Below, one piece after another: positions 31,176 through 40,533 of a DNA stretch of 64,000 bases. Source of the DNA: a virus (Duplodnaviria; Caudoviricetes). Position numbers and translations under genes: made by a program. The notes under the pieces were generated by a model. That model did not search any database. It had not been told where the DNA came from and worked only from the letters and a program-made list of their open reading frames with translations. The first letter of the stretch is position 1; each line of letters opens with the position of its first letter. The DNA is taken from positions 1-64,000 of IMG/VR virus record IMGVR_UViG_3300037067_008333; one strand, written 5' to 3'.

Positions 31176-32758
31176 TAGAATATATAGAATCTATTATTCT
31201 TAGTACCAAAGAACGTATAAGGTTTACTATAGATGATTTGAAATTTAAATTCAAGAGTCTAACTGGATTTTTTGAATATATTGACAAACCTTTGGTTAGT
31301 AGTATAAAACCTCTACGTGAAAATCATACTCCTTCTTCTATTGCATATAATAAATTTTTGAGTTATGTAGAAAATGATGTAAATTTAATACATAAAATTC
31401 AGGATCAGATAAAGGACAACATGTTAATGTCGTGGAATGTTTCTGAAACTAGTTATCCAGGACAAATAAAAGAAGACGACGAATATGATGATGGTTTCAT
31501 ATTAGAACATGATTCGGCCACAGTTTTAACTGATAGATTGACTTCTGGTGTTAATAATTTTATAGATGCTATACCATTTATAAAAGATAAACCAATTTTG
31601 AAAGCTGAAAGTTCTGATCCCAATATACCAGTTTATTATGGGAAGATGTTTGGTAGTTATATTTATGGGAATGAATCAGGTGAGGATGGTATTCGTTTTG
31701 AGAATAATGATGGTTCTCTTATAGTTGATGGTAAGGATACATTCTGGGAGTGTGAAGCCATGGTATTGCAAGAATATAGGGATGATACTTTATTCTTTCA
31801 AAAAGTATATGATAAGGATATATCTCTTACGACAACTATAAAAATTATATTCAAAGAACCAGTTGCTATTAATACACTTGTTATTATTCCTTATAGTGGC
31901 GCAGCTAGCGCTTATTATAAATTAATGAAGATAGAACTATCTGATGGAATTAAAGTTTTATCGGTAGATGTTAAGGAAACATTTATACTAGGTGAAACTA
32001 ATTTTATATTCAATATACCTGAAGAGTTTACTGATAAAAAAGTTAGGTCTATGTTTATAACTCTCAAACAAGAAAATGGTTATTATATGAAGTATATGCT
32101 TGGTTATTTTAAGATTAAAAATAACGAATCGTGGTTAGATATAACCGGACCACATGTTTGTGAAATGGCCAGGGCCTATGGTGATAATTTTAATAACAAT
32201 GTTACACATTTTATCAATAATATAAATGAGTGGATCTTGAATTATTGGATGCCGGGAACATCATTCACAGAATTACCGGAATTAGTAAATTCCGTTGGAG
32301 ATGAAGGATACGCTTTAGTTCCTAGTTCTGAGAGTAAGAGAAAACGATATACTATTGGTATATCTGATATAAAAGTGGGATTTAATGAGTATTCTGAAGT
32401 ATCAGAGAAAGTTACCGATGAAATAGAAATACCTGAAGGTTATAATTCCATATCATTGGATGTTAATGATCAGGGTGATAATTATTATTTTCTTTCGTTT
32501 GATAATGGAATGACATGGAATCGTATTATACCAGTTGGAAAGGAACCAGTTAGAAATTCTGATTTATATCTGGTGCCAGATAAATTATATATAAATTCAG
32601 ATATCTCTCTTAAACGTAAACAAAATTCGGTGTCTGGTGAAAGGGCTTTTATATCTACTACAAATAAAAGTTTACGTGTTAGATTCGTATTACAACGCGG
32701 TGCCAATGGTCTTCTCCCGAGTGTGTTTAATTGGAAAGTAAATTTTGGTGTTAATTAG
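31172..32758 (+). CDS. Structural protein, paralog family (2 of 4)
   Basis: 528 aa ending LRVRFVLQR...LPSVFNWKVNF. ATGA overlap with the previous gene. Confidence 0.55.
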   Translation: MIEYIESIILSTKERIRFTIDDLKFKFKSLTGFFEYIDKPLVSSIKPLRENHTPSSIAYNKFLSYVENDVNLIHKIQDQIKDNMLMSWNVSETSYPGQIKEDDEYDDGFILEHDSATVLTDRLTSGVNNFIDAIPFIKDKPILKAESSDPNIPVYYGKMFGSYIYGNESGEDGIRFENNDGSLIVDGKDTFWECEAMVLQEYRDDTLFFQKVYDKDISLTTTIKIIFKEPVAINTLVIIPYSGAASAYYKLMKIELSDGIKVLSVDVKETFILGETNFIFNIPEEFTDKKVRSMFITLKQENGYYMKYMLGYFKIKNNESWLDITGPHVCEMARAYGDNFNNNVTHFINNINEWILNYWMPGTSFTELPELVNSVGDEGYALVPSSESKRKRYTIGISDIKVGFNEYSEVSEKVTDEIEIPEGYNSISLDVNDQGDNYYFLSFDNGMTWNRIIPVGKEPVRNSDLYLVPDKLYINSDISLKRKQNSVSGERAFISTTNKSLRVRFVLQRGANGLLPSVFNWKVNFGVN

Positions 32759-32767
32759 GAGAAATGA

Positions 32768-34516
32768 ATGTCACGTTTTGTTGATTTATTCAATTTTAAA
32801 TTATCTCAAATACAATCTATGATTGAAATTTTATATGAAAATGTAAAAACTCAATATCTGAAGCAGTTATCAAAGTCATTTGCTTCGTATATAGAATTAC
32901 GGCATGTATATCCTAAGCGTGAGGATTTTTCTGATGATTTCCAAGATACTACTAGAGTTGAAGTTGAAGATAATATTATACTGGACCGCGATGGTTATAG
33001 TCTGGGTTATAAGATAACTGAGAAAAAGTTCATGTCAAATTTATATAAAATAACCACGTATCCAATGGTGATGCCTGGAGGTGAAATAATACCGGGTAGT
33101 AATTTTTCTGATATATTCAATGAGAATATAGGATTTTGGGGATATAAAAATAGTAATGAAGTTGAGTCATACTTCACTGTAGATTTATCTAAGAAAGATG
33201 CTATTAATAAGGTTTTTTTGAGTTCTAACAATGTATTAGATATTGATCTTTATGTCAAAGAGGACTATGATAAAGAATGGATAAAAATTGGCACGCGAAG
33301 TGGTTTGGATCATATGTGGAATTTTAAACCAACAAGTTGTGTCTCATTGAAATTCCAGTCAAATACTTCATTGTTTTCTGTATCTAGGTTGCAGGCCGGT
33401 TTAGCGCAATATCAACAAAATGGAAAGTTAGAAAGTCAGTATTATGCTATTTCTGATTTATATAAGTTAAAACTAGATCGAGATGATGATATTCCAGAAA
33501 ATACTATTATAGATTATAGTATTAGTGTCAGTGGTCAACTTACGGAATATGCTATTGAAGATAATCTTATCATAAGTGGAGGTGTATTATGGCATACATC
33601 TAGTGGTACTTTGTCGTCTTATTCGCTACCGTCAACTTATGTTGAGGATAGTTTAACGGTGCGTGTGGGATATAATGAATGGGATATTGTATCCACATAT
33701 GATTGGTTGTGGACCATTGTTCCTGATTCTGATTTTAGTTTTAGTGAGGGGGTTATAACTATATCTGAGGAATATAGTATAGTAGAAGGATCATTGCAAA
33801 GAGTGGTTTTAGGTAATACAATTTTTAATGAAAATGTAGATTATTCTGTAATATACAACATAAGCGGTAATGAAATAACTATAAAATTACTAGATAATAG
33901 TAATATACCTTCCGTAGAATTAGATAACTTGAGTTTTTCTATTTTAGCTAAAAAACAAGAACCGGTTAATCAATTGCGGGCATATGTTGACCTTGAAAAT
34001 AATGGAGATATAATTATACAGGGATTAACAATACCATTTAGGATAAGACATGTTGTTATAAATAACGGTATTGTTAAAGATAGTACTCAAGAAATAAACT
34101 CTGATAATATGTCAATTTTCTTAGAAAGTATAGACGGTGTGACCTCATATGTATTAGACGGTATTGCGGGTACTAATTTAGTTGAATTGGAGTATCTAGA
34201 TGATAATGATGATACTTATATACCAGATATTTTACCGAGTATATCGAATGTTGAATATTTTTCCAAGAGGTATTTTTTACTGGAAGTTGCATCGGATCCA
34301 ACCGAATATGAGTATGTTTTAGATACAGTTATAGATTCTTCCGGAGTTATTCAATATTATGAATTAACTCCAGGTACATCGGGTACCCTATGGTTTAATT
34401 ATGCCGAATCTTTTGGGATTGATACTAATGTGAAACTTATTGCTTCTTTTACTAGCACCGATGGTAAAAATACACCAACATTAAGGTCATATAATATTGA
34501 AAATTATATAAAATGA
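32768..34516 (+). CDS. Structural protein, paralog family (3 of 4)
   Basis: 582 aa ending VKLIASFTS...TPTLRSYNIE. AGGAG RBS. Confidence 0.55.
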   Translation: MSRFVDLFNFKLSQIQSMIEILYENVKTQYLKQLSKSFASYIELRHVYPKREDFSDDFQDTTRVEVEDNIILDRDGYSLGYKITEKKFMSNLYKITTYPMVMPGGEIIPGSNFSDIFNENIGFWGYKNSNEVESYFTVDLSKKDAINKVFLSSNNVLDIDLYVKEDYDKEWIKIGTRSGLDHMWNFKPTSCVSLKFQSNTSLFSVSRLQAGLAQYQQNGKLESQYYAISDLYKLKLDRDDDIPENTIIDYSISVSGQLTEYAIEDNLIISGGVLWHTSSGTLSSYSLPSTYVEDSLTVRVGYNEWDIVSTYDWLWTIVPDSDFSFSEGVITISEEYSIVEGSLQRVVLGNTIFNENVDYSVIYNISGNEITIKLLDNSNIPSVELDNLSFSILAKKQEPVNQLRAYVDLENNGDIIIQGLTIPFRIRHVVINNGIVKDSTQEINSDNMSIFLESIDGVTSYVLDGIAGTNLVELEYLDDNDDTYIPDILPSISNVEYFSKRYFLLEVASDPTEYEYVLDTVIDSSGVIQYYELTPGTSGTLWFNYAESFGIDTNVKLIASFTSTDGKNTPTLRSYNIENYIK

Positions 34517-34528
34517 TATATATTATAA
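34497..34528 (+). promoter_or_regulatory. Promoter, TTGAAA-N18-TATTATAA class (site 3 of 4)
   Basis: TTGAAA at 34497-34502 and TATTAT at 34521-34526, upstream of the ATG at 34538. Confidence 0.65.
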
Positions 34529-34537
34529 GGGTATATT

Positions 34538-34750
34538 ATGCTAAGAACATATAGAATTAATTTTCGTAAAAATTGGGTCATCCAGCCTTCAGTTTGGAAT
34601 AAATTTTTTACCAATTTGGAGTTGGATCTTATTGATTTGAAAGCTGAGTTTGATGCTCAGATATTTTCTGCAACTACATTTCATACAGCTTCCGAGGACA
34701 TTATTACAGATGGAGGCAAAGATAATAGGATAAAACATCCTAATTTATAA
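34538..34750 (+). CDS. Small hypothetical protein (70 aa)
   Basis: First ORF after promoter site 3. Confidence 0.5.
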   Translation: MLRTYRINFRKNWVIQPSVWNKFFTNLELDLIDLKAEFDAQIFSATTFHTASEDIITDGGKDNRIKHPNL

Positions 34751-34759
34751 AGGTGATTT

Positions 34760-35797
34760 ATGGATAATATTGATTTACATGATTACGAAATAGAAGATAA
34801 CGATCCCTATACATCTGATTTTTTAAATCAGGTTGTTAGTGATTTTAGTAACAACATAGTTTCTTTATATGTTGATTATAAGGCCTTAGTAAAAAGATAC
34901 ACGGATTTTGTAACTAATATGAATACGGGATTAGATTGGTTAACTAGTCAAGTTAGTGTAATGTCGTCTGGAACGTATACCGTTTCCGGATATTCTGATC
35001 CGGTGGATTTGGATAATATTCATGTAGATAAATTATTCGGTGAAATATACCTGCAAGATTTTAATGTTGAATCTAAAATTGGAAGGTATACTAATAATTA
35101 TGGTATAGTTACAGCTTATAACTCTAACAGTGTTTATTATTATAACACCGATACCTCTACATGGGTTGAAGATTCTGACATGCTAAAATTTATAAATAAC
35201 AAAGATGATATATGGTCAAAAACACATTCTAGTGATGAGTTATATATAGATATTATAACTTCAACTGTTTCAGATTATAAGGCTAATATAATCGAATTGT
35301 TTCCATTTGCCGGTACTTTAATTAAAACTATTGAATATAAAACATCTTCAGGAACATACGAAGAAATAGAAGTTAATTCTAAGTTACCTGTTAAAATATT
35401 GGGTGATTTTTCGTATAGTAGTGAATTTCGTGTTAAATTAGGTGGAGTTAGCTCTGGTGATGGCCAGTATTATTATTCTCTTAGGTATGTTGATATATAT
35501 CGCGCGGATTTTATGGATAGTGGGACAGTTACATATGATATTGGATCATACGATACTATAAATAGTATAACTTTAAATGATGATTATGCTGAAGATGATA
35601 TAAAATTACTTAAACCTATTCGTATTGAGATCTTATCTGATGATGAGAGTTATACATATTATGATTCTAACGTAGATCCATTTCCTATACAGAGTGCTAT
35701 ATCCATTGAGGTCGAACCTGTTAATTTGAGGTTACGTCTTACGTTATATAAGAAGGAGGGTGTTACGCCTGTAGTAAAATTTATAGATATAGAGTAA
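34760..35797 (+). CDS. Structural protein, paralog family (4 of 4)
   Basis: 345 aa ending LRLRLTLYKKEGVTPVVKFIDIE. AAGGTG RBS. Confidence 0.55.
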   Translation: MDNIDLHDYEIEDNDPYTSDFLNQVVSDFSNNIVSLYVDYKALVKRYTDFVTNMNTGLDWLTSQVSVMSSGTYTVSGYSDPVDLDNIHVDKLFGEIYLQDFNVESKIGRYTNNYGIVTAYNSNSVYYYNTDTSTWVEDSDMLKFINNKDDIWSKTHSSDELYIDIITSTVSDYKANIIELFPFAGTLIKTIEYKTSSGTYEEIEVNSKLPVKILGDFSYSSEFRVKLGGVSSGDGQYYYSLRYVDIYRADFMDSGTVTYDIGSYDTINSITLNDDYAEDDIKLLKPIRIEILSDDESYTYYDSNVDPFPIQSAISIEVEPVNLRLRLTLYKKEGVTPVVKFIDIE

Positions 35798-35799
35798 TT

Positions 35800-36054
35800 A
35801 TGAATAATGAAAAAATAGAAACAAGTGAATATATTACGCGAGAAGAATTCGAACAATTTAAGAAGTTATACTATCAACAATTCAATAGTATTGGTTCGCA
35901 GATTATAGCACTAAAAGAACAAATGGTGACTATTTCGCCAAAGACTCCTATAACTCCTGTTGCCAGGGAAATTTTAGTTAGAAATTTTGATCGTATGTAC
36001 CGTGATGTAGAATTCTTGAAGCAACAATTTAATAAATTTGGAGTTAAAAAATAA
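35800..36054 (+). CDS. Small coiled-coil protein
   Basis: 84 aa; EFEQFKK...QFNSIGSQIIAL resembles the N-terminus of the next gene. Confidence 0.55.
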   Translation: MNNEKIETSEYITREEFEQFKKLYYQQFNSIGSQIIALKEQMVTISPKTPITPVAREILVRNFDRMYRDVEFLKQQFNKFGVKK

Positions 36055-36935
36055 TGGGTGTTGATAATAAAACATTTGTTGAATTTAAACATAGTGTTGA
36101 TGAGCAAATCCAGGCTATAAATTCTCAGATACAAATTTTAAGAGCTGAGAATGATGCTGAAATTGATCAACTTTCATTTGTAGCTTTTAAAAATGATATT
36201 TTAAATCGTATAAATGCCATCAATAGGCAAATTCAACGTATACAGATAACAAATTCATCAGAATCTCCGGATGTGTCCTATCTACGTTCAGAATTCAATA
36301 ATAAAATAAATGCTATTAATAGACAGATTCAGCAAATGCAAACATCTATAAATACACCTGCGGATTTAATAGAAGAATTTCAAGATATGCTTAATACAGA
36401 GGCCAACGCTGGTAAAATAAAGGGGTATGTTATAAATTTGTCAAACTTAAAGCATAGGGTTGTGTTGGTTTATAATAATATAACTAGGCAATTTGAGTGT
36501 GAAGTTATGAGGACCCCAAAACATATAGAAGAACACATAGTGAATCCTCCGATAAATTTAGATAATATAGGTATAGCTTATAGTGGATCTACTGATGATG
36601 GTATTTTCAATGAGATATTTATAGATGAAACTGATAGATATGATATAAATGAAAATCAGACTGTTGGTTTTATATATACTGTGGTTGCCAGGGAAGTGGG
36701 TGGGAATGGAGATAATGCCTTTTTTAAGATAGAAGGTGCTATACAACGTAATACTGGTGAAAATGTTGAATTGATTGGAACTCCAACAATTACAATAATT
36801 ACGCGTAGTAATAAGGTTTCGTGGTATGTAAATGCATCCGCGGATACTGTTAACAATGCATTGATATTGAGAGTTAAAGGTGAATCGGGTAAAGATATAA
36901 ATTGGAATGGTGTATTAAATACGGTGGTAATATGA
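36054..36935 (+). CDS. Fibre-like protein: N-terminal coiled-coil repeats plus C-terminal beta-sandwich
   Basis: The (I)(Q/N)AIN(S/R)QIQ repeat occurs three times. The C-terminal domain FKIEGAIQR...ALILRVKGESGKDINW resembles tail-fibre end domains. Confidence 0.55.
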   Translation: MGVDNKTFVEFKHSVDEQIQAINSQIQILRAENDAEIDQLSFVAFKNDILNRINAINRQIQRIQITNSSESPDVSYLRSEFNNKINAINRQIQQMQTSINTPADLIEEFQDMLNTEANAGKIKGYVINLSNLKHRVVLVYNNITRQFECEVMRTPKHIEEHIVNPPINLDNIGIAYSGSTDDGIFNEIFIDETDRYDINENQTVGFIYTVVAREVGGNGDNAFFKIEGAIQRNTGENVELIGTPTITIITRSNKVSWYVNASADTVNNALILRVKGESGKDINWNGVLNTVVI

Positions 36936-38548
36936 AAAAATTATTACTTATATTATTTGGATTATTTTATTTTAATTTAGTATTGCAGGCTGTTGGTATA
37001 GAATATAATGAAGATTCTTTAGATATAGATGGGCTTATAAAGACTACCAGTGGATACGTATGTCCAGATGGAACTATTTTAACTTCTACTAATACATTAG
37101 GTTGTGGTGCTACAACTTACGTACGTAAAGAAGGCGATACAATGCCGGGACCTTTGAGTATAACATATGCAGTTGAAAGTTCATCTGGAATAACTGATAT
37201 ATTACCTATTTCCGATTATTATAGAGGTTGGAATTACCCATCTTTATCAACTCATTATGATAGTCTCATTGATGGTTTGGATACTACATACATACAAACT
37301 GAATCAGAACCATATAGTTCTCCATTGGAGAACTATCTAGATATGTTTGATATAAATATTAGTAGTATATCCGATGATAGTTGTATCACATCAATAACCG
37401 TTTATGCTAGATGTTTATTTAATGCACCTGTGAATAATCCTACCGCTGATTTTAAGGTTGCTGTTCTTACTGATGGTGTAACATATTATGGAGATGTTGT
37501 GCACTTTACCCAATCTTCTGAGTGGGGGTGGGTTTCTCATACATTTGAGTATAATCCATATACAGAACAAGCCTGGTCAGTATCCGATCTTTCTGATTTA
37601 AAAATAGGAATAAATGTTTGTCCTAGTGTAACGTGGATTTCATGTAGATGTTCTGAAATATATCTGCAGATATATTATAAAGAAGTTTCTCCGGCACTTA
37701 ATGTATCTGGCATGATTAGTTCCAATTTAGGATATATTTTCCCAGATGGTTCTATTTTAATTTCTGGAATATTCAATACAGATGTTACTAAAAATTATAA
37801 TTGGACCGGACAACATAATTTTTCAAGATCATTATATGTTTCTGATCTTATTCATAGTACATCTGGATACGTATGTCCAGATGGAACTATTTTAACTTCA
37901 ACGACAACATTGGGTGGATCTTTACCTGATAATATAGTAGTAACGACAATAACTACTCCTTCTGTTTCTAGTTCTACTATACTATATCCATCTGCTAATG
38001 GTGATGAAATTACATGGGATGATGTAGGTGAAATATCAAACTGGGTAGATGTAAATGGGGGTGGAGTGGGAATAATGTATGGTGGATGGTATAGAGATTT
38101 GTATGAAATTGACGATACAATATTGATTAATATATCATCAATAACAATAACTCTATCATATGCTGTTGGTTCTGGGAATATAGCGTTTTCTTTAAAGTCT
38201 GGAAACTACGTTATTGATATTGATACACAAGCATGTATAGATGATTTAGGTGAACATTCAATATCTACTACTCTTGAAACAAGTCCGTTTACTGGTAACA
38301 TATGGACTCCATCAGAGATAAATTCTTTACAAGCCGGTATGAAGGCAAGTGCTGGTGGTACACCGATAATTGTAATTGGGTATAATATAAGAATATCAGG
38401 TAGTAGAGCTGGAAATTTGAATGTTAGTGGTGGATTGAATGTTAGTGGTCCAATATCAGGAGAATTTATTTTATATGATGTTTATTATCCTACATCATCA
38501 TATAAATTAATAGTTGCATCTGGAACATTAGAACTTATTCCACGTTAG
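36932..38548 (+). CDS. Secreted or surface protein with Sec-type signal peptide and internal duplication
   Basis: Probable start ATG 36932 (ATGA overlap), giving MKKLLLILFGLFYFNLVLQA. TSGYVCPDGTILTST occurs twice. NPYTEQAWSVSDLSDLKIG resembles SPFTGNIWTPSEINSLQAG. Confidence 0.65.
   Translation: MKKLLLILFGLFYFNLVLQAVGIEYNEDSLDIDGLIKTTSGYVCPDGTILTSTNTLGCGATTYVRKEGDTMPGPLSITYAVESSSGITDILPISDYYRGWNYPSLSTHYDSLIDGLDTTYIQTESEPYSSPLENYLDMFDINISSISDDSCITSITVYARCLFNAPVNNPTADFKVAVLTDGVTYYGDVVHFTQSSEWGWVSHTFEYNPYTEQAWSVSDLSDLKIGINVCPSVTWISCRCSEIYLQIYYKEVSPALNVSGMISSNLGYIFPDGSILISGIFNTDVTKNYNWTGQHNFSRSLYVSDLIHSTSGYVCPDGTILTSTTTLGGSLPDNIVVTTITTPSVSSSTILYPSANGDEITWDDVGEISNWVDVNGGGVGIMYGGWYRDLYEIDDTILINISSITITLSYAVGSGNIAFSLKSGNYVIDIDTQACIDDLGEHSISTTLETSPFTGNIWTPSEINSLQAGMKASAGGTPIIVIGYNIRISGSRAGNLNVSGGLNVSGPISGEFILYDVYYPTSSYKLIVASGTLELIPR
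37051..37899 (+). repeat. 36-bp exact direct repeat (37051-37086 and 37864-37899)
   Basis: TGGATACGTATGTCCAGATGGAACTATTTTAACTTC occurs twice, in frame, 813 bp apart. Confidence 0.9.
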
Positions 38549-38561
38549 TTTTATAATATAA

Positions 38562-38597
38562 AAATAAGGGGCCAAGAATATACCTGGCCCCTTATTT
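38562..38597. terminator. Probable bidirectional intrinsic terminator between the convergent blocks
   Basis: 13-bp perfect inverted repeat AAATAAGGGGCCA / TGGCCCCTTATTT with a 10-nt loop and A/T flanks, lying between the stops at 38548 (+) and 38614 (-). Confidence 0.85.
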
Positions 38598-38613
38598 AAT
38601 TATATCAGTTTAT

Positions 38614-38883
38614 TTATATTACTCTTATATCATTTTGTCCGGATGGCAAAGGTTTATTTGATTCTTGTAACTTTCTTTCTATAATCTTCGCACATTTATC
38701 AGAAAATGAAATTTCATTTTCTATCTTGTTTATTCTTTTTCTATGTTCTTCTGCAGCTGCCGGCTCCGTAATCATTATAAGTTGGCCTTCCATTACCTCC
38801 TTTACAGTTTCCTGTAGAATCACGTTGCTTTGCAGCTTGTGCATCTCTGTTTCCAGGTTTTTACGTACATCTTCGTGCATCAT
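38614..38883 (-). CDS. Small coiled-coil hypothetical protein
   Basis: 89 aa; ATGA overlap with the upstream gene and GGAGG RBS. Confidence 0.6.
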   Translation of the reverse strand: MMHEDVRKNLETEMHKLQSNVILQETVKEVMEGQLIMITEPAAAEEHRKRINKIENEISFSDKCAKIIERKLQESNKPLPSGQNDIRVI

Positions 38884-39107
38884 TGTTTTTCCTCCATTTT
38901 GATGAGTTTTGCCTTAACTGCAGCTATAGTAAGCTTGTTAAGGTCAATTTGTGATTGCGTCCATTTCTTCTGATTGGCCACTTGTTCTGCCATAGTTCCA
39001 TTGATTGGCATTTGATTCAAAACTTCGAGCTGGGCTTCTAAGATGAAACTTGTAGCTTCAAGTTGGTCACATTCATCTTCTACTAATTGTTTAATTTTAC
39101 TGTTCAC
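38880..39107 (-). CDS. Small coiled-coil hypothetical protein
   Basis: 75 aa; AAGGAGG upstream of a GTG start. Confidence 0.6.
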   Translation of the reverse strand: MNSKIKQLVEDECDQLEATSFILEAQLEVLNQMPINGTMAEQVANQKKWTQSQIDLNKLTIAAVKAKLIKMEEKQ

Positions 39108-39120
39108 TTGGTTCCTCCTT

Positions 39121-39354
39121 TCATTTATTTTGGCTTTCCTCTTGTTTATATCCCATTATTTGCATAGTTGTAATTAGGCACATTAGCGCCATGGCTTCAT
39201 TGTGTGTAATTTCAAGAATGGTACCACCAAGAACTATGTCATAACCTTCACCATTTTCCCATTCTGTTATGATACCTTGGCTCTGGCCCTCTCCTGGCCA
39301 GTTGTCGTAAGTAATAATGGAATGTTTTATTTCTCGGTCTTGTTTAACTTTCAT
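39121..39354 (-). CDS. Hypothetical protein
   Basis: 77 aa; AAGGAG RBS. Confidence 0.6.
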   Translation of the reverse strand: MKVKQDREIKHSIITYDNWPGEGQSQGIITEWENGEGYDIVLGGTILEITHNEAMALMCLITTMQIMGYKQEESQNK

Positions 39355-39363
39355 GGTATCTCC

Positions 39364-40224
39364 TTATAAGTAGGTATCTTCGCGGCATCGGTCAAGCCAG
39401 TTGCAATAAGAACATTCCTGATCTTGTCCGTAACCTACGGTTGAAAATTGCTCAAACTTTGATTTTGATATTTTCTTATTTTTATAAAGTTCTTTTAATT
39501 CATCAGTATTATAAAAGTTATGGTAATCGCACGGAGGAAGTGTATTGATGGTAATGTATTTATCGAGTTGAAGATACCGTTGATATATCGATTCAACATT
39601 AACAATATACATTACTTCACCATCTATAACTGGAAAACCTGATTGTAGCTTTATACGAAACTCATTTGTATCTCCCGATCCTCTGTCAATGTAGATGATA
39701 TAACACTCATCGAATGGATATTCTGGATGATTTCGAAATCCATCTAGATAAAGTATAACTTGTAACAGGTTACCAAACCGTGGTGATCCCGGCTCTGTAT
39801 TGCTTCCCCAAATTTGTTTCGAAAAGTAATATCCGCCTCCGGTTTTATATTCCATTCCTTTTGGAAGAAGATCCATTTGTCCGATACCATCTATTTTTCC
39901 ACGGATCCTAATACCTTCGATTTTCTTTTCAAATGGTACTTGACGTGCTAAAAGTAGACCTGATTTCTGAGCTTGTTCTAGTTCAAAATCTTCTATAGAA
40001 CAACCATATTTCATTTTTCGGATGCTTGCAGTTGATGGTGGATTTGTCATAACCGTTCTTTTTATATTATAGAAAGAGTTACGGAGACAGGTACCAACTA
40101 CATTGCCATTGGCAAGAATAGCGTTTGCCTGGGAAGGCCAATAAACACCACGTTCCCGTGAAGGTTTATTTTGTTCATCCGAAATATAATTGTTATAAAT
40201 GAATGTGTTGATATCGTTAATCAT
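39364..40224 (-). CDS. Cas4-like PD-(D/E)XK exonuclease (RecB-type, probable 4Fe-4S)
   Basis: GTCLR (first Cys), GKIDG...MEYKT, LQVILY (QxxxY) and a C-terminal CSYCNWLDRC. Confidence 0.8.
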   Translation of the reverse strand: MINDINTFIYNNYISDEQNKPSRERGVYWPSQANAILANGNVVGTCLRNSFYNIKRTVMTNPPSTASIRKMKYGCSIEDFELEQAQKSGLLLARQVPFEKKIEGIRIRGKIDGIGQMDLLPKGMEYKTGGGYYFSKQIWGSNTEPGSPRFGNLLQVILYLDGFRNHPEYPFDECYIIYIDRGSGDTNEFRIKLQSGFPVIDGEVMYIVNVESIYQRYLQLDKYITINTLPPCDYHNFYNTDELKELYKNKKISKSKFEQFSTVGYGQDQECSYCNWLDRCREDTYL

Positions 40225-40522
40225 GATGTATACAATTTTTATGGATATAACTACCAGATTGTTTGATCAATGGTCCCGTGGTTGAATTGCAAGTGCCGTT
40301 ATTACATATGATGCAAACGATAGTGTTTCCATGACGTATACGTTTTTTTTCGATCATTTGTTCGAGTTTTCTTTCGGCCCATTGATGTGCTGATTCATCG
40401 CTATCAAATTCTTGTCCCGTTTCTTTTGCGCGGACAATGAGTTGTTGCAAGATAGTTTCAATTTTAATTGCACAATCAACTGATACATTTTCTTCCTGTG
40501 GTATTTTACTTTCTTCTTGCAT
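40217..40522 (-). CDS. Hypothetical protein with possible C-terminal zinc finger
   Basis: CIICNNGTC...YIHKNC motif; AGGAG RBS. Confidence 0.55.
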   Translation of the reverse strand: MQEESKIPQEENVSVDCAIKIETILQQLIVRAKETGQEFDSDESAHQWAERKLEQMIEKKRIRHGNTIVCIICNNGTCNSTTGPLIKQSGSYIHKNCIHHD

Positions 40523-40533
40523 GAAATTTCTCC

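Noticed and set aside
37051-37899. 36-bp repeat pair as a diversity-generating retroelement TR/VR
   Set aside because: The copies are identical with no adenine-specific mismatches, both are coding, and no reverse transcriptase is in the window.
38551-38560. TTATAATATA beside the terminator as a promoter
   Set aside because: Only a partial core, no matching -35 element, and no gene start downstream on either strand.
39364-40224. Cas4-like gene as part of a CRISPR-Cas locus
   Set aside because: No cas1, cas2, effector gene or array is nearby; it sits in a replication gene context.
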